Below the pieces are notes generated by a model. That model did no database searches. It had not been told where the DNA came from and saw nothing but the letters and a program-made list of their open reading frames with translations. Below are positions 27,507-36,854 of a stretch of 64,000 nucleotides of DNA, piece by piece. How positions within the stretch are numbered: position 1 is the stretch's first letter; each line of letters starts with the position of its first letter. The stretch comes from Acidimicrobiales bacterium. Lineage in GTDB: Bacteria > Actinomycetota > Acidimicrobiia > Acidimicrobiales > Ilumatobacteraceae. The DNA lies in contig JAXLRF010000005.1 of assembly GCA_046331225.1 (NCBI GenBank), positions 166,647 to 230,646 of the forward strand, written 5' to 3'. The translations under genes were made by a program, and so were the position numbers.

Positions 27507-28292
27507 TCAGGCGCCGGTGCTCGCAGGGGTGCTGGCAGGGGTGCCGGCAGGGGTGCCGGCAGGGGTGCTGGCCGACGGGTCGAGGTCGAGGTGCACCACG
27601 ATCCGCTCGCGGGTCGAGCCCGGGGGATGGCACGCGAACAGCGTGGCCGTCGGCTCCCAGGTCTGCTCGATGATGTACATCGCGTCGGGCTTCACCACCG
27701 TGGTCTCGCGCACCCGGTAGGTGAAGGTGCCGTCGGCGGTGGTGAAGATCACCTCGTCGCCGGCGACGAGCTGGTCGATGTTGCGGAACACCTTGTTGTG
27801 GCTCGTGCGGTGACCAGCGATCACCACGTTGCCGATCTGGCCCGGCATCGCCGTGCCGGGCCAGTGGCCCGGGCCCTCGTCGAGCGTCGTGAGGCTGATG
27901 CCCTGCAGGAACGTGATGTCGACGCCGATCTTCGGGATCTGCAACCGGCCGAGCTCGGTGCGCGGCTCGTCGGCTCGCGGCTCGGGCGGCGGTTCGGGAA
28001 CCGGCAGGGTCTGCACCACCGTCGGCGGCGACGTGGTGACCGGCACGGTGGTCGTCGGCGCATCGGTGGTCGTGGGCGCCACCGAGGTGCTCGAGGGTAC
28101 GACCAGGCCCGGATCGTCGGCCGCGGTGTCGGCGGCCGCGGTGTCGGGCGCCTGCAACTCGGCGAGCGGTGCCGCCGTCGACCCGTCGCCACCGCACGCG
28201 GCGAGCATCAGCACCGACGCGCCGGCCACGAGCCAGGACGCCGGGCGGGCGAGCGCACGTGGCGCGCAGGAGCGTGTGGGCCGCCGATGCAC
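27507..28292 (-). CDS. Sortase family transpeptidase (class E/F-like) with a predicted lipoprotein signal
   Basis: Catalytic His VIAGHRTSH, Cys motif TLFACHPPGS and Arg RERIVVH. The N-terminus is VHRRPTRS...WLVAGASVLMLAACGG (lipobox L-A-A-C). The C-terminal tail is (TPAG/TPAS)n. Confidence 0.8.
   Translation of the reverse strand: MHRRPTRSCAPRALARPASWLVAGASVLMLAACGGDGSTAAPLAELQAPDTAAADTAADDPGLVVPSSTSVAPTTTDAPTTTVPVTTSPPTVVQTLPVPEPPPEPRADEPRTELGRLQIPKIGVDITFLQGISLTTLDEGPGHWPGTAMPGQIGNVVIAGHRTSHNKVFRNIDQLVAGDEVIFTTADGTFTYRVRETTVVKPDAMYIIEQTWEPTATLFACHPPGSTRERIVVHLDLDPSASTPAGTPAGTPASTPASTGA
27523..27570. repeat. 12-bp tandem repeat x4 (GCAGGGGTGCYG), with a degenerate fifth unit at 27511-27522
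   Basis: Read directly from the sequence. It encodes the TPAGTPAGTPASTPAS tail of the sortase on the minus strand. Confidence 0.9.
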
Positions 28293-28318
28293 GTGGTGGA
28301 TGGTACCGAGGACGCCCC

Positions 28319-29719
28319 TCAGGCGCTCGGCACCCCCACCGCGAGCAGCCTCGTCGCGGCCTGCTGGGCCGACCGCACACAGGTGGGGATGCCGATGCCG
28401 TGGTAGCTCGCGCCCGCCAGCGCCACGGTGGGTGGCAGGGCATCGGTGATCGCCGCGACGGTACGGGCATGATGCGGCCGGTACTGGGGGAAGGCCCGTT
28501 GCCAACGGGTGAGCCGCACGTCGGTCGGCTGCAGGTCGACACCGATGTGACCGCTCACCTCGCTCACCGCCGAAGCCACCAGCCGGTCGTCGTCGAGGTG
28601 CATCACCGGCAGCCCGTCGCGGCCGAGCGAGATCCGCAGGATCACCTGGTCGGGGCGGCCCTCGGCCGCCGGCGCGCGCCAGTGCGCCCACTTCTGGCTG
28701 CCGAACGACGCCGCGGTCACCAGGTGCTGCACGGGCTTGGGCACCAGGTAGCCAGACATGCCACGCAGCCGCTCGGGCCAGCCGGCGGCGGGCACGGCGA
28801 CGGTGACCATCACGACGTCGGCGTACTCGATGCGCTGCAGCCCGTTCGCCGCCCCGCTGTCGAGACCCGCACCGGCCACCAGTCGCGCCGCCTGCGCCGC
28901 CGGGCAGGCCAGCACCACGGCGTCGAACGGCTCGCCGTCGACCCGCCAGCCGGCACCGTCGGTCTGCAGCGTGGTGCACGGATGACCGAGCCGGATCGTG
29001 CCACCGAGCTCGGAGATCACACGCCGTGCCGTGTCGACCAGCTCGCCGAGCCCACCCTCGGGGGCGTAGAACACCGGCCCGTCCGTGGGCGCTGGGGCAG
29101 GGCGTGATCTGGCCGTCAGCAGCACGCTGCGACCTGCGCCGGCCAGGTCGGCCAGCTGTGGCACGGCGGCCAGGCTGAACCGGTCCGTGTCGGCCGCGTA
29201 GATACTGCCGACGAGCGGGTCGACCAGACGCTCGTGCACCTGGTCGCCGAACCGGCCACGCACGAACGAGCCGACCGAGTCGGCGTCGAGCGAGGTGGCA
29301 GGGCGGAGCACCTCGGTCGCGGCGCGCAGCTTGCCCGGCCAGCTGAGCAACTTGGTGCGGGCGAGCTTCAGCACGTCGGTGGGCAGCCCGAGCATCAGCC
29401 CCTCGGGGATCGGTTGCAGGCCGTCCCACCACACGGCCGCCGAGCCGGGCTGCGGCGACGTCAGCCGATCACCGAGGCCGAGGGTGCGGGCGAAGCCGGT
29501 GGCCCACGGCAATCGGGCCAGGAACGCGTCGGGACCCTCGTCCACGGCGGGGATCCCGGCGAAGGGCGTGGTGCGGATCTTGCCGCCCAGCCGGTCCTGC
29601 CCCTCGTACACCGTCACCTGCATCGATCCGGGAGCAGCGCCGGTGAGCAGTGCGTGTGCAGCCGCCACCCCGGTGATCCCGCCGCCGACGACGGCCACCC
29701 GCGCGGGTCGATCGTTCAC
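28319..29719 (-). CDS. hemY: Protoporphyrinogen/coproporphyrinogen III oxidase (HemY/CgoX)
   Basis: The N-terminal FAD motif VAVVGGGITGVAAAH, 466 aa, and position in a heme gene cluster. Confidence 0.85.
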   Translation of the reverse strand: MNDRPARVAVVGGGITGVAAAHALLTGAAPGSMQVTVYEGQDRLGGKIRTTPFAGIPAVDEGPDAFLARLPWATGFARTLGLGDRLTSPQPGSAAVWWDGLQPIPEGLMLGLPTDVLKLARTKLLSWPGKLRAATEVLRPATSLDADSVGSFVRGRFGDQVHERLVDPLVGSIYAADTDRFSLAAVPQLADLAGAGRSVLLTARSRPAPAPTDGPVFYAPEGGLGELVDTARRVISELGGTIRLGHPCTTLQTDGAGWRVDGEPFDAVVLACPAAQAARLVAGAGLDSGAANGLQRIEYADVVMVTVAVPAAGWPERLRGMSGYLVPKPVQHLVTAASFGSQKWAHWRAPAAEGRPDQVILRISLGRDGLPVMHLDDDRLVASAVSEVSGHIGVDLQPTDVRLTRWQRAFPQYRPHHARTVAAITDALPPTVALAGASYHGIGIPTCVRSAQQAATRLLAVGVPSA

Positions 29720-29744
29720 GGTCGCTCCTGCCGCCCGCGCGGCC

Positions 29745-30692
29745 TCAGCCGGCGACCGCGCCGACGACGCGGCGCGCCAGGGCGGCGATGACGGTGGGGT
29801 CGTCGTTCACGCAGGCCGTGCGGGCGAAGCGCAGGCCGTGCTGAGCGGCTCGGTGGGCGGCCTCGATGTCGAGGTCGTACAACACCTCGAGATGGTCGGC
29901 GACGAACCCGCACGCGCACACGACGACGCCGCGCTCGTGGTCGGCGTCGTTCTCGCTGGCGGCGAGCTCGTCGATCACCTGCAGGATGTCGGGACCGAGC
30001 CACGGCTCGGGCGTGCGGCCGGCCGACTGCCAGGCGATCGCCCACTGGCTCCACGACGAGAGCCCGGCCGCGGCGGCCACGGCCGTGGCGGTGCTGCGCA
30101 GCTGGTCGGGATACGGGTCGCCGGCAGCGACGATGCGCTGTGGCAACGAGTGCGCGGTGAACAGCACCTTGGTGTCGGCGGGCAGGTCGGCCAGCTTGCG
30201 GCGCAGGTCGTCGGCCAGGAACTCGACGAACGCGGGCTCGGTGGCCCAGCTGTCGATTCCCAGCACCTGCACACCCTCGGGTGCGGCGGCTCGCACGCGG
30301 TCGAGGTACTGGCCGATGGAGAACGCCGAGTAGTGCGGTGCGAGCACGAGGCCGACGATCCGGGTGAAGCCCTGTGCCACCACCTCGGCGACGGCCTGCT
30401 CGATCATGGGTGCCGCATGCTTGAGGCCGAGCACCACGCGGTAGCCGCCGGGATCGATCGCGTCGAGCGCGCCCTGGAGCGCGTCGCGCTGTGCGTCGGT
30501 GCGAGCCGCGAGCGGCGAGAGCATGTCGCTGCCGGGCGGGGCGATCGCCTCGTAGCGGGCCACCAGCTCGGCCAGTTGCTCGTCGGTGGGCGGGCGGCCG
30601 CGCCGGATGTCGGTGTAGTAGGGGAGGATGTCGTCGCGGGTGCGTGGCGTGCCGTACGCCATGAGCACCACGGCCGTGTGCGGGGTCGTCAT
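29745..30692 (-). CDS. hemH: Ferrochelatase (coproporphyrin ferrochelatase-type)
   Basis: VVLMAYGTP, YTDIRRGRPP, LFTAHSLP and GFVADHLEVLYDLD are ferrochelatase blocks. Confidence 0.88.
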   Translation of the reverse strand: MTTPHTAVVLMAYGTPRTRDDILPYYTDIRRGRPPTDEQLAELVARYEAIAPPGSDMLSPLAARTDAQRDALQGALDAIDPGGYRVVLGLKHAAPMIEQAVAEVVAQGFTRIVGLVLAPHYSAFSIGQYLDRVRAAAPEGVQVLGIDSWATEPAFVEFLADDLRRKLADLPADTKVLFTAHSLPQRIVAAGDPYPDQLRSTATAVAAAAGLSSWSQWAIAWQSAGRTPEPWLGPDILQVIDELAASENDADHERGVVVCACGFVADHLEVLYDLDIEAAHRAAQHGLRFARTACVNDDPTVIAALARRVVGAVAG

Positions 30693-31810
30693 GAGGTCAC
30701 CTCGGTCGCAGTACGGGCGTGCACCCGGCGCACCACCTCGTGCAGCACGTCGGGGTCGCTGTCGGGCTGCACGCCGTGGCCCAGGTTGAACACGTGGCCC
30801 GGGTGGCCGGCGTTGTCGGCGAGCACCGCGTCGGTGCCGCGCAGCGCGACCTCGGTACCGGCCAGCACCAACGCCGGGTCGAGGTTGCCCTGCACCACCA
30901 GGTCGGCGCCGAGCCGACGGCGAGCATCGGTGATCGTGGTGCGCCAGTCGAGCCCGACGACCGGTGTGCCCCGGCCCTCGCCCGACGCGGCCTCGTGCAT
31001 CGCCTCGAGCAGGTGATCACACCCGATGCCGAAGTGGATGCCGGGCACGCCGGGGTGGCGTTCGCCGAGGCGGGTGAACACCGATCGCGAGTGTGGCAGC
31101 ACGAAACGCCGGTAGTCGGCGGCGGCGAGCGAACCGGCCCACGAGTCGAACAGCTGGAAGGCGCGGGCTCCGCTCGACAGTTGGGCCGAGATGAACGCGA
31201 CGGCGTGGTCGGCGAGGCGCTCCATCAGGCGGTGCCACAGCACCTCGTCGGTGTGCATCAGCCGCTTGGTGTGCTGGTAGGTGCGGCTCGGGCGGCCCTC
31301 CACCAGGTAGCTGCCGACGGTGAACGGGGCACCGGCGAACGCGAGCAACGGCACGTCGGCCGGCAGTTCGCGAGCCAGGGTGCGGACGGTCTCCTGCACG
31401 TACGGGGTGTGCGTGTCGGGGTCGAGCGGGACGAGTCGGGCCAGGTCGTCGACGCTGCGGAACGGGTGCTCGGCGACCGGACCGGTGCCGGGCGCGACGT
31501 CGATCCCGAATCCCACCGCGTGCGCCGGCACGACGATGTCGCTGTACAGCACCGCTGCGTCGACCCCGTAGCGACGCACCGGCTGCAGGGTGAGCTCGGT
31601 GGCCACGTCGGGTTTGCGGATCGCCTGCAGGATGCTGCCCTCGCCGCGCACGGCGCGGTACTCGGGCAGGCTGCGGCCGGCCTGGCGCATGAACCACACC
31701 GGGGTGTGGCGAGCGCGGTGGCCGAGTGCGGCGGCCAGGAACGGCGCCTCGGCGGAGGTGGGGCCGGGGCCCTCGGACGGGCGCGACGGGCTGGTCACGG
31801 ACTCGGACAT
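30689..31810 (-). CDS. hemE: Uroporphyrinogen decarboxylase
   Basis: TPVWFMRQAGRSLPEYR, PVRRYGVDAAVLYSDI and NLGHGV are HemE signatures. ATGA-type overlap with hemH. Confidence 0.9.
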   Translation of the reverse strand: MSESVTSPSRPSEGPGPTSAEAPFLAAALGHRARHTPVWFMRQAGRSLPEYRAVRGEGSILQAIRKPDVATELTLQPVRRYGVDAAVLYSDIVVPAHAVGFGIDVAPGTGPVAEHPFRSVDDLARLVPLDPDTHTPYVQETVRTLARELPADVPLLAFAGAPFTVGSYLVEGRPSRTYQHTKRLMHTDEVLWHRLMERLADHAVAFISAQLSSGARAFQLFDSWAGSLAAADYRRFVLPHSRSVFTRLGERHPGVPGIHFGIGCDHLLEAMHEAASGEGRGTPVVGLDWRTTITDARRRLGADLVVQGNLDPALVLAGTEVALRGTDAVLADNAGHPGHVFNLGHGVQPDSDPDVLHEVVRRVHARTATEVTS

Positions 31811-31939
31811 GCGCCTCGCACGCTAGCGGGACACCCCATCTGGGGCCCCTGCCCACCGTCGAATCCCCCTCAAGATCGCCACGCGGGGCGCCGATGGTCG
31901 CGAGTGGCGCTGGGCAGGCGCGGACCCAAGAGCGGTGCG

Positions 31940-34138
31940 ATGACGACGGAGACCGAGACCCCACCCGTTCCGAGAACAGGAACCGACGAGAGTGGGGACA
32001 ATCGATGGCAGGGACGTCCCTGGCTCGCACGCGCCGTGCGCTGGTCGGTGATGATCGTCCCGTTCCTGGCCTCGGTGGCCACCGCGTACGTGCTGTCGAC
32101 GGTGCTGCCGGCGGCTGCCAACGGATGGTGGCTGATCGCACGTCTGCTCACCATCGCCGTCGTCGCCACGGTCGCGCTCAAGCTGACCGACCGGTTGATG
32201 CGCCGGTTCCTGCCGCTGGCCGCACTGCTCGATCTCACCCTGCTGTTCCCCGATCAGGCGCCGTCGCGCTACAAGATGGCGCTGCGCAACGGCGCGTCGA
32301 ACATCGAGCTGCACGAGCGTGTCGAGCGTTACGTCAACGCCGGCCGGCGCGACAACGCCGCCGCCGCCGAGCACCTGCTCGACCTCGTCGCCGCGCTCAG
32401 CCGCCACGACCGCATCACCCGCGGCCACAGCGAACGGGTGCGTGCCTACACCCAGATGATCGCCGACGAGATGGGCATCTCCGGCGCCGAGCTCGACAAG
32501 CTCCGCTGGGCCGGCTTGATCCACGACGTCGGCAAGCTGCGCGTGCCGATCGAGATCCTCAACAAACCCGGCAAGCTCACCGACGCCGAGTTCGAGATCA
32601 TCAAGAAGCACCCGGCCTGGGGTGCCGAGCTCGCTGCGCCGTTGGCGCCGTGGCTCGGTGGTGCGGTCGACGCCGTGCTGGAGCATCACGAGAAGTGGGA
32701 CGGCACCGGCTACCCGCGGGGTCTGCGCGGTACCGAGATCTCGTCCGCCGGCCGCATCGTCGCCGTGGCCGACGTGTTCGACGTGATGACGTCGGTGCGT
32801 TCGTACAAGCACGCGAAGTCGCCCACCGAGGCACGCGCCGAGCTCGCTCGCTGCGCCGGCACCCACTTCGACCCCGCGGTCGTCCGTGCGTTCATGAACC
32901 TCTCGCTCGGCCGCTTGCGCATGGTGATGGGCCCGCTGTCGTGGCTCGCACAGCTGTCGCTGTTCCCGCAGTCGTTGTTCGCCACGGCCACCAACTCCGC
33001 CGCTGCCGCGGCGTCGGGTGCGGGCAGCGTCACCGGTGCGTTCCCCGCGCTGCTGTCCACCGTCGCGGCCACCACGGCCGGCATCGCGACCACCCTCGGG
33101 GTGGCTGCCGCGTCGGATCAGATGACCGTGCCCCCGCTCCCGGCGGCGATCGCCGTCGTCGAGGCCGGGCAGGAGGCCGGTTCGTTCGGTGTCGAGGGCG
33201 TGTCCGACATCGGTGACGGCGAGATCGGCGTGGCGGCGCGCGTGCCCGAGATCTTCGTGCCCGACCCCCTCGCCGACGCGGCGGACGCCGAGCAGACGTC
33301 GGGCTCGGTGGTCGACGCGGCCAGCGCCTCGTCGGTCGCCCCGACCGACGACGCGGCGGCCGACCAGGGTATGGCCGGCGCGACGCCGGACGACCCGGCG
33401 GTGCCGGCCGACCAGGCCCCGCCCGACCTCGCGCCGGCCGAGCAGGCGCCACCGCAGCAGGCGGCGCCCGGTGACACCGTCGCCACCACCGTGCCCGCAC
33501 CGATGCCGACGGTGCCTCCGGTCGCACCGGCCACGACCACCACGCTGGCCCCCGCCCCGGCGCCCACCACGACGGCGGCGCCGGCATCGAACGTGATGAC
33601 CAACAAGGTCCTGATGCTGGCCTCACCGGCGGTGGGCGACACGGTCTCGGCCCCGGTGCTCCCGCTGGCCGACCGCGTGGTGTCCCAGCAGGTGTCGTTG
33701 CCCAACTACGACGTCGATCGCGACGCCGTGGTGGGGCTCCACTTGCAGCCGGGTGGCAGCTTCGACGCACCCGACCCCACCAAGGTGCAGCGCTTCGCGT
33801 TCGACACCGGCGGTGCTTTCACCATCGACGGCCGTCATCGCATCACCGTGTGGGCCGAGCCGAGCGACGGCCGGAGCAAGCTCAAGGTGCGCGTGGCGAT
33901 CGCCCTGTGCGACGACGCGACCGGCGCGTGCTCGATCCTCGACGCCGGCTCGGATTCGAAAGACGGCGACGGCGGCGGGTTCAAGTCGTACAAGATCGAC
34001 TTCGCGAAGCGCCAGATCGTCGTCGCCGCCAACCAGCACGTCGAACTGTGGGTCGCCCTCGACGGCGACTCCGAGAGCGCCGCCGAGATCGCCTACGACG
34101 CCGGCCCGTACCTCAGCACCTGGTGGTTCCGCCCCTGA
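31940..34138 (+). CDS. Membrane-bound HD-GYP domain protein with a long Pro/Ala/Thr-rich linker and an unknown C-terminal domain
   Basis: N-terminal TM helices, then the HD-GYP core (HSERVRAY, AGLIHDVGKLRVP, HHEKWDGTGYPRGL). More hydrophobic segments follow, then a ~170 aa low-complexity linker and a ~190 aa beta-rich domain ending YLSTWWFRP. The upstream part of tracked ORF 30719-34138 is an antisense shadow of hemE. Confidence 0.8.
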   Translation: MTTETETPPVPRTGTDESGDNRWQGRPWLARAVRWSVMIVPFLASVATAYVLSTVLPAAANGWWLIARLLTIAVVATVALKLTDRLMRRFLPLAALLDLTLLFPDQAPSRYKMALRNGASNIELHERVERYVNAGRRDNAAAAEHLLDLVAALSRHDRITRGHSERVRAYTQMIADEMGISGAELDKLRWAGLIHDVGKLRVPIEILNKPGKLTDAEFEIIKKHPAWGAELAAPLAPWLGGAVDAVLEHHEKWDGTGYPRGLRGTEISSAGRIVAVADVFDVMTSVRSYKHAKSPTEARAELARCAGTHFDPAVVRAFMNLSLGRLRMVMGPLSWLAQLSLFPQSLFATATNSAAAAASGAGSVTGAFPALLSTVAATTAGIATTLGVAAASDQMTVPPLPAAIAVVEAGQEAGSFGVEGVSDIGDGEIGVAARVPEIFVPDPLADAADAEQTSGSVVDAASASSVAPTDDAAADQGMAGATPDDPAVPADQAPPDLAPAEQAPPQQAAPGDTVATTVPAPMPTVPPVAPATTTTLAPAPAPTTTAAPASNVMTNKVLMLASPAVGDTVSAPVLPLADRVVSQQVSLPNYDVDRDAVVGLHLQPGGSFDAPDPTKVQRFAFDTGGAFTIDGRHRITVWAEPSDGRSKLKVRVAIALCDDATGACSILDAGSDSKDGDGGGFKSYKIDFAKRQIVVAANQHVELWVALDGDSESAAEIAYDAGPYLSTWWFRP

Positions 34139-34210
34139 GCGCGCTCACCCGGGCGGACCGCTGCGCTCCACGTGGCCCGTCCGAAGGCGCCCGGTAGGCT
34201 TTTCCGACCC

Positions 34211-36352
34211 ATGACGCAGCAGCATCCCGATCTCGCGGAAGAGCAGGCGTACATCGACCACGCGTACGACTGCCTCGAACAGAGCCGCTCCGACGCGTGG
34301 AAACTGCGCGACCTCAGCGAGGCCACGCTCGGTGGCACCTTCCAGGCCCGCTACGAGCGCGACGTGTTCGACGAGGCCCTGGTCAACCGGCTCACCAAGC
34401 TCGACCTCGGCGACGCCGCCCTGGTGTTCGGCCGGATCGACCGCCTGGCCGAGACCCCCGACGAGATCGAGAGCTTCCACATCGGCCGTCTCGCCGTGGC
34501 GGACGACAACAGCGAGCCGGTGGTGGTCGACTGGCGGGCTCCCGTGGCCGAGCCGTTCTACCGCGCCACCGGCCGCGAGCCGATGGGCCTGCGCCGCCGT
34601 CGTCACTTCGCGGTGCACAGCCGCACCCTGCTCGGGCTCGAGGACGAGCTGTTCGGCGAGGGTCACCTCGGTGTGGGCGACGACGAGGGCATCGCCGCCG
34701 TCGAGCCCGCCGGGCCGACGTCGCTGCGCGGCTACTCCACCCTGCTCGCCGCGCTCGAGCGCGGCCGCACCGGACAGCTCGGCGACATCGTCGCCACCAT
34801 CCAGGCCGAGCAGGACGAGATCATCCGCAGCCCGCAGGCCGGGGTGCTCGTGGTGCAGGGTGGTCCCGGTACGGGCAAGACCGTGGTGGCGCTGCACCGT
34901 GCCGCCTACCTGCTCTACACGTACCGGTTCCCGCTCGAGGACCAGGGCGTCCTCGTCATCGGTCCCAACCGCGTGTTCCTGCGCTACATCGAGCGCGTGC
35001 TGCCGTCGCTCGGCGAGGCCGGCGTCGAGCAGGTGGTGCTCAACGACCTGGTGCCCGACGTCGAGTGGGCGCGCTACGGGGTCGATCCGGCCGACAGCGC
35101 CGACGCGGCGACGGTGAAGGGCGACCTGCGCATGGCCGACGTCATCGACAAGGCCGTCACCGACCGCGAGCGGCCGCTGCGCGACGACCTCGTCGTGCCG
35201 TTCCGAACCGGCTTCCTCCGGCTGCGCGCCGAGGAGACCGGCCGCATCGTGCGTGCCGCACAGCGCCGCTTCCGCCGCCACAACGCAGCACGCAAGTGGG
35301 TCGAGGGCGAGGTGTGGTCGGCGATGGCGGCCACGTGGCGCGACGCCGACCTGCACCCGACCGAGGTGCGCGACGCGATCCGTCCGCTGCCCGAGGTGCG
35401 GATGGCGCTCGAGCGGATGTGGCCCGTGCTCACGCCGGCCGAGCTGTTGCACGACCTGTTCGGTTCGAAGGCGCTGCTCAAGCTCGCGGGCTCGCGGTTC
35501 CTCGACGAGGACGAGTACCTGGCGCTGTACCGAGCGCGTGCCGCCGACGTGTCGGAGGTCCGCTGGACCGACCACGACGTCGCGCTGCTCGACGAGGCCC
35601 GCAACATCCTCGGTCCGCGGCCACCGCGCAAGGGCGTGCCCAACGACGAAGAGGAGATCCGCACCTACGGTCACATCGTGATCGACGAGGTGCAGGACCT
35701 CACGCCGATGCAGCTGCGCATGGCCGCTCGCCGGTCGCTCAACGGCAGCATGACGGTGGTCGGCGACATCGCCCAGGCCACGGGCGCGCTCGCGCCCGAC
35801 GACTGGGACGACGTGCTCGCCCACCTGCCCGACAACAAGCCGTCACGCGTGATCGGCCTGAGCGTCGGCTACCGCATCCCCGACCGGATCATGGAGCTCG
35901 CCAACCGGGTGATGATGGCGGCCACGCCGCAGCTGCGTGCGCCGATCAGCGTGCGCGCGGGCGACGAGCATCCCGAGTTCGTCACCGTCGAGGGCGCCGG
36001 CCGCCTGTTCGACGAGGTCGCCGCCGCCACCGCGTCGATGAGTGCCGCCATGCCCGACGGCAGCATCGCCGTCGTCGCGGCCGACGCGATGGTCGAGCAG
36101 GTGTCGCAGGCACTGGCCGCAGCCGGCATCGAGCACGGTCGCGCCACGCGCAGCGGCCTCAGCGCGGCGATCACCGTCGTCCCGGTCAGCGTGGTGAAGG
36201 GCCTCGAGCTCGACGGCGTGGTCGTGGTCGAGCCGGCGGCGATCGTCGAGGCCGAGCAGCAGGGCCTGCGGGCCCTCTACGTGGCGCTCACCCGCAGCAC
36301 CCGACGGCTGACGATCGTGCACGCACGGGCGCTGCCCGACGCGATGCGCTGA
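34211..36352 (+). CDS. helD: HelD-type (UvrD-like, class II) RNA polymerase-associated helicase
   Basis: HelD-like N-terminal domain (AYIDHAY, FHIGRLAV, VVDWRAPVAEPFYRAT), Walker A VVQGGPGTGKTVVALHRAAYLLY, DEVQDL, and a C-terminal VKGLELDGVVVV...LYVALTR. Confidence 0.85.
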   Translation: MTQQHPDLAEEQAYIDHAYDCLEQSRSDAWKLRDLSEATLGGTFQARYERDVFDEALVNRLTKLDLGDAALVFGRIDRLAETPDEIESFHIGRLAVADDNSEPVVVDWRAPVAEPFYRATGREPMGLRRRRHFAVHSRTLLGLEDELFGEGHLGVGDDEGIAAVEPAGPTSLRGYSTLLAALERGRTGQLGDIVATIQAEQDEIIRSPQAGVLVVQGGPGTGKTVVALHRAAYLLYTYRFPLEDQGVLVIGPNRVFLRYIERVLPSLGEAGVEQVVLNDLVPDVEWARYGVDPADSADAATVKGDLRMADVIDKAVTDRERPLRDDLVVPFRTGFLRLRAEETGRIVRAAQRRFRRHNAARKWVEGEVWSAMAATWRDADLHPTEVRDAIRPLPEVRMALERMWPVLTPAELLHDLFGSKALLKLAGSRFLDEDEYLALYRARAADVSEVRWTDHDVALLDEARNILGPRPPRKGVPNDEEEIRTYGHIVIDEVQDLTPMQLRMAARRSLNGSMTVVGDIAQATGALAPDDWDDVLAHLPDNKPSRVIGLSVGYRIPDRIMELANRVMMAATPQLRAPISVRAGDEHPEFVTVEGAGRLFDEVAAATASMSAAMPDGSIAVVAADAMVEQVSQALAAAGIEHGRATRSGLSAAITVVPVSVVKGLELDGVVVVEPAAIVEAEQQGLRALYVALTRSTRRLTIVHARALPDAMR

Positions 36353-36368
36353 GCCCGCCCGTCGCAGG

Positions 36369-36794
36369 TCAGCTGCCCAGGTAGGCCGTCACCAGCGCGT
36401 CGAAGTTGCGCGACGCCTTGTCGGCGTCGGCCGCCCGCGAGAACCGTGCCGCCTTCTGCGCGAGCGCGACGTTGGCCTCGAACGAGGCGAGCAGGTCGGG
36501 CCGGTTCGCGCCCACCTCGTCCTGCACAGCGTCCCAGAGCGCAGCGATCCGCTCGGCCACCGCGGTGGCGTCACCGTCGTCGAGCAGCTCGGCCGACAGC
36601 AGCGCGGCCTCGCCCCGCAGGCGGGGCAGCAGCTCGGCGGCGGTGCCCGACGGCAGCGTGGTGGTGGTGGCCGCGACGCTCGACGCGGGGGTGGCGAGCG
36701 AGGGGTCGTAGGTGGTGGCCGAGCAGCCGACCGCGACCGTGGCGACGGTGGCGAGCAGTGCGAGCAGACCCGGGGTGGCGGAGTGGCGGAACAC
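36369..36794 (-). CDS. Small helical lipoprotein, function unknown
   Basis: Signal with lipobox TVAVGC-S, a Thr-rich linker, then an all-helical ~90 aa region. It lies directly downstream of the DtxR-family gene on the same strand. Confidence 0.6.
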   Translation of the reverse strand: MFRHSATPGLLALLATVATVAVGCSATTYDPSLATPASSVAATTTTLPSGTAAELLPRLRGEAALLSAELLDDGDATAVAERIAALWDAVQDEVGANRPDLLASFEANVALAQKAARFSRAADADKASRNFDALVTAYLGS

Positions 36795-36854
36795 GAGGGG
36801 GGAGTCCTGGTGGCGGGAGGTGGGGGACGAGCGGGGTTCGGCGCTGCGAGCGGC

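Noticed and set aside
30719-31939. N-terminal 407 aa extension of the tracked 1139 aa ORF that contains the HD-GYP protein.
   Set aside because: This part is antisense to hemE and has shadow-type composition (RVGAAQRDLGTGQHQRRVE...). The HD-GYP protein has a sensible ATG at 31940 followed by TM helices.
34139-34210. Looked for a rifamycin-associated element (RAE-type inverted repeat) upstream of helD, which would flag a HelR-type resistance gene.
   Set aside because: I could not see a GC-rich ~19-bp inverted repeat of that kind in the 72-nt upstream region. I therefore call a generic HelD and make no resistance claim.
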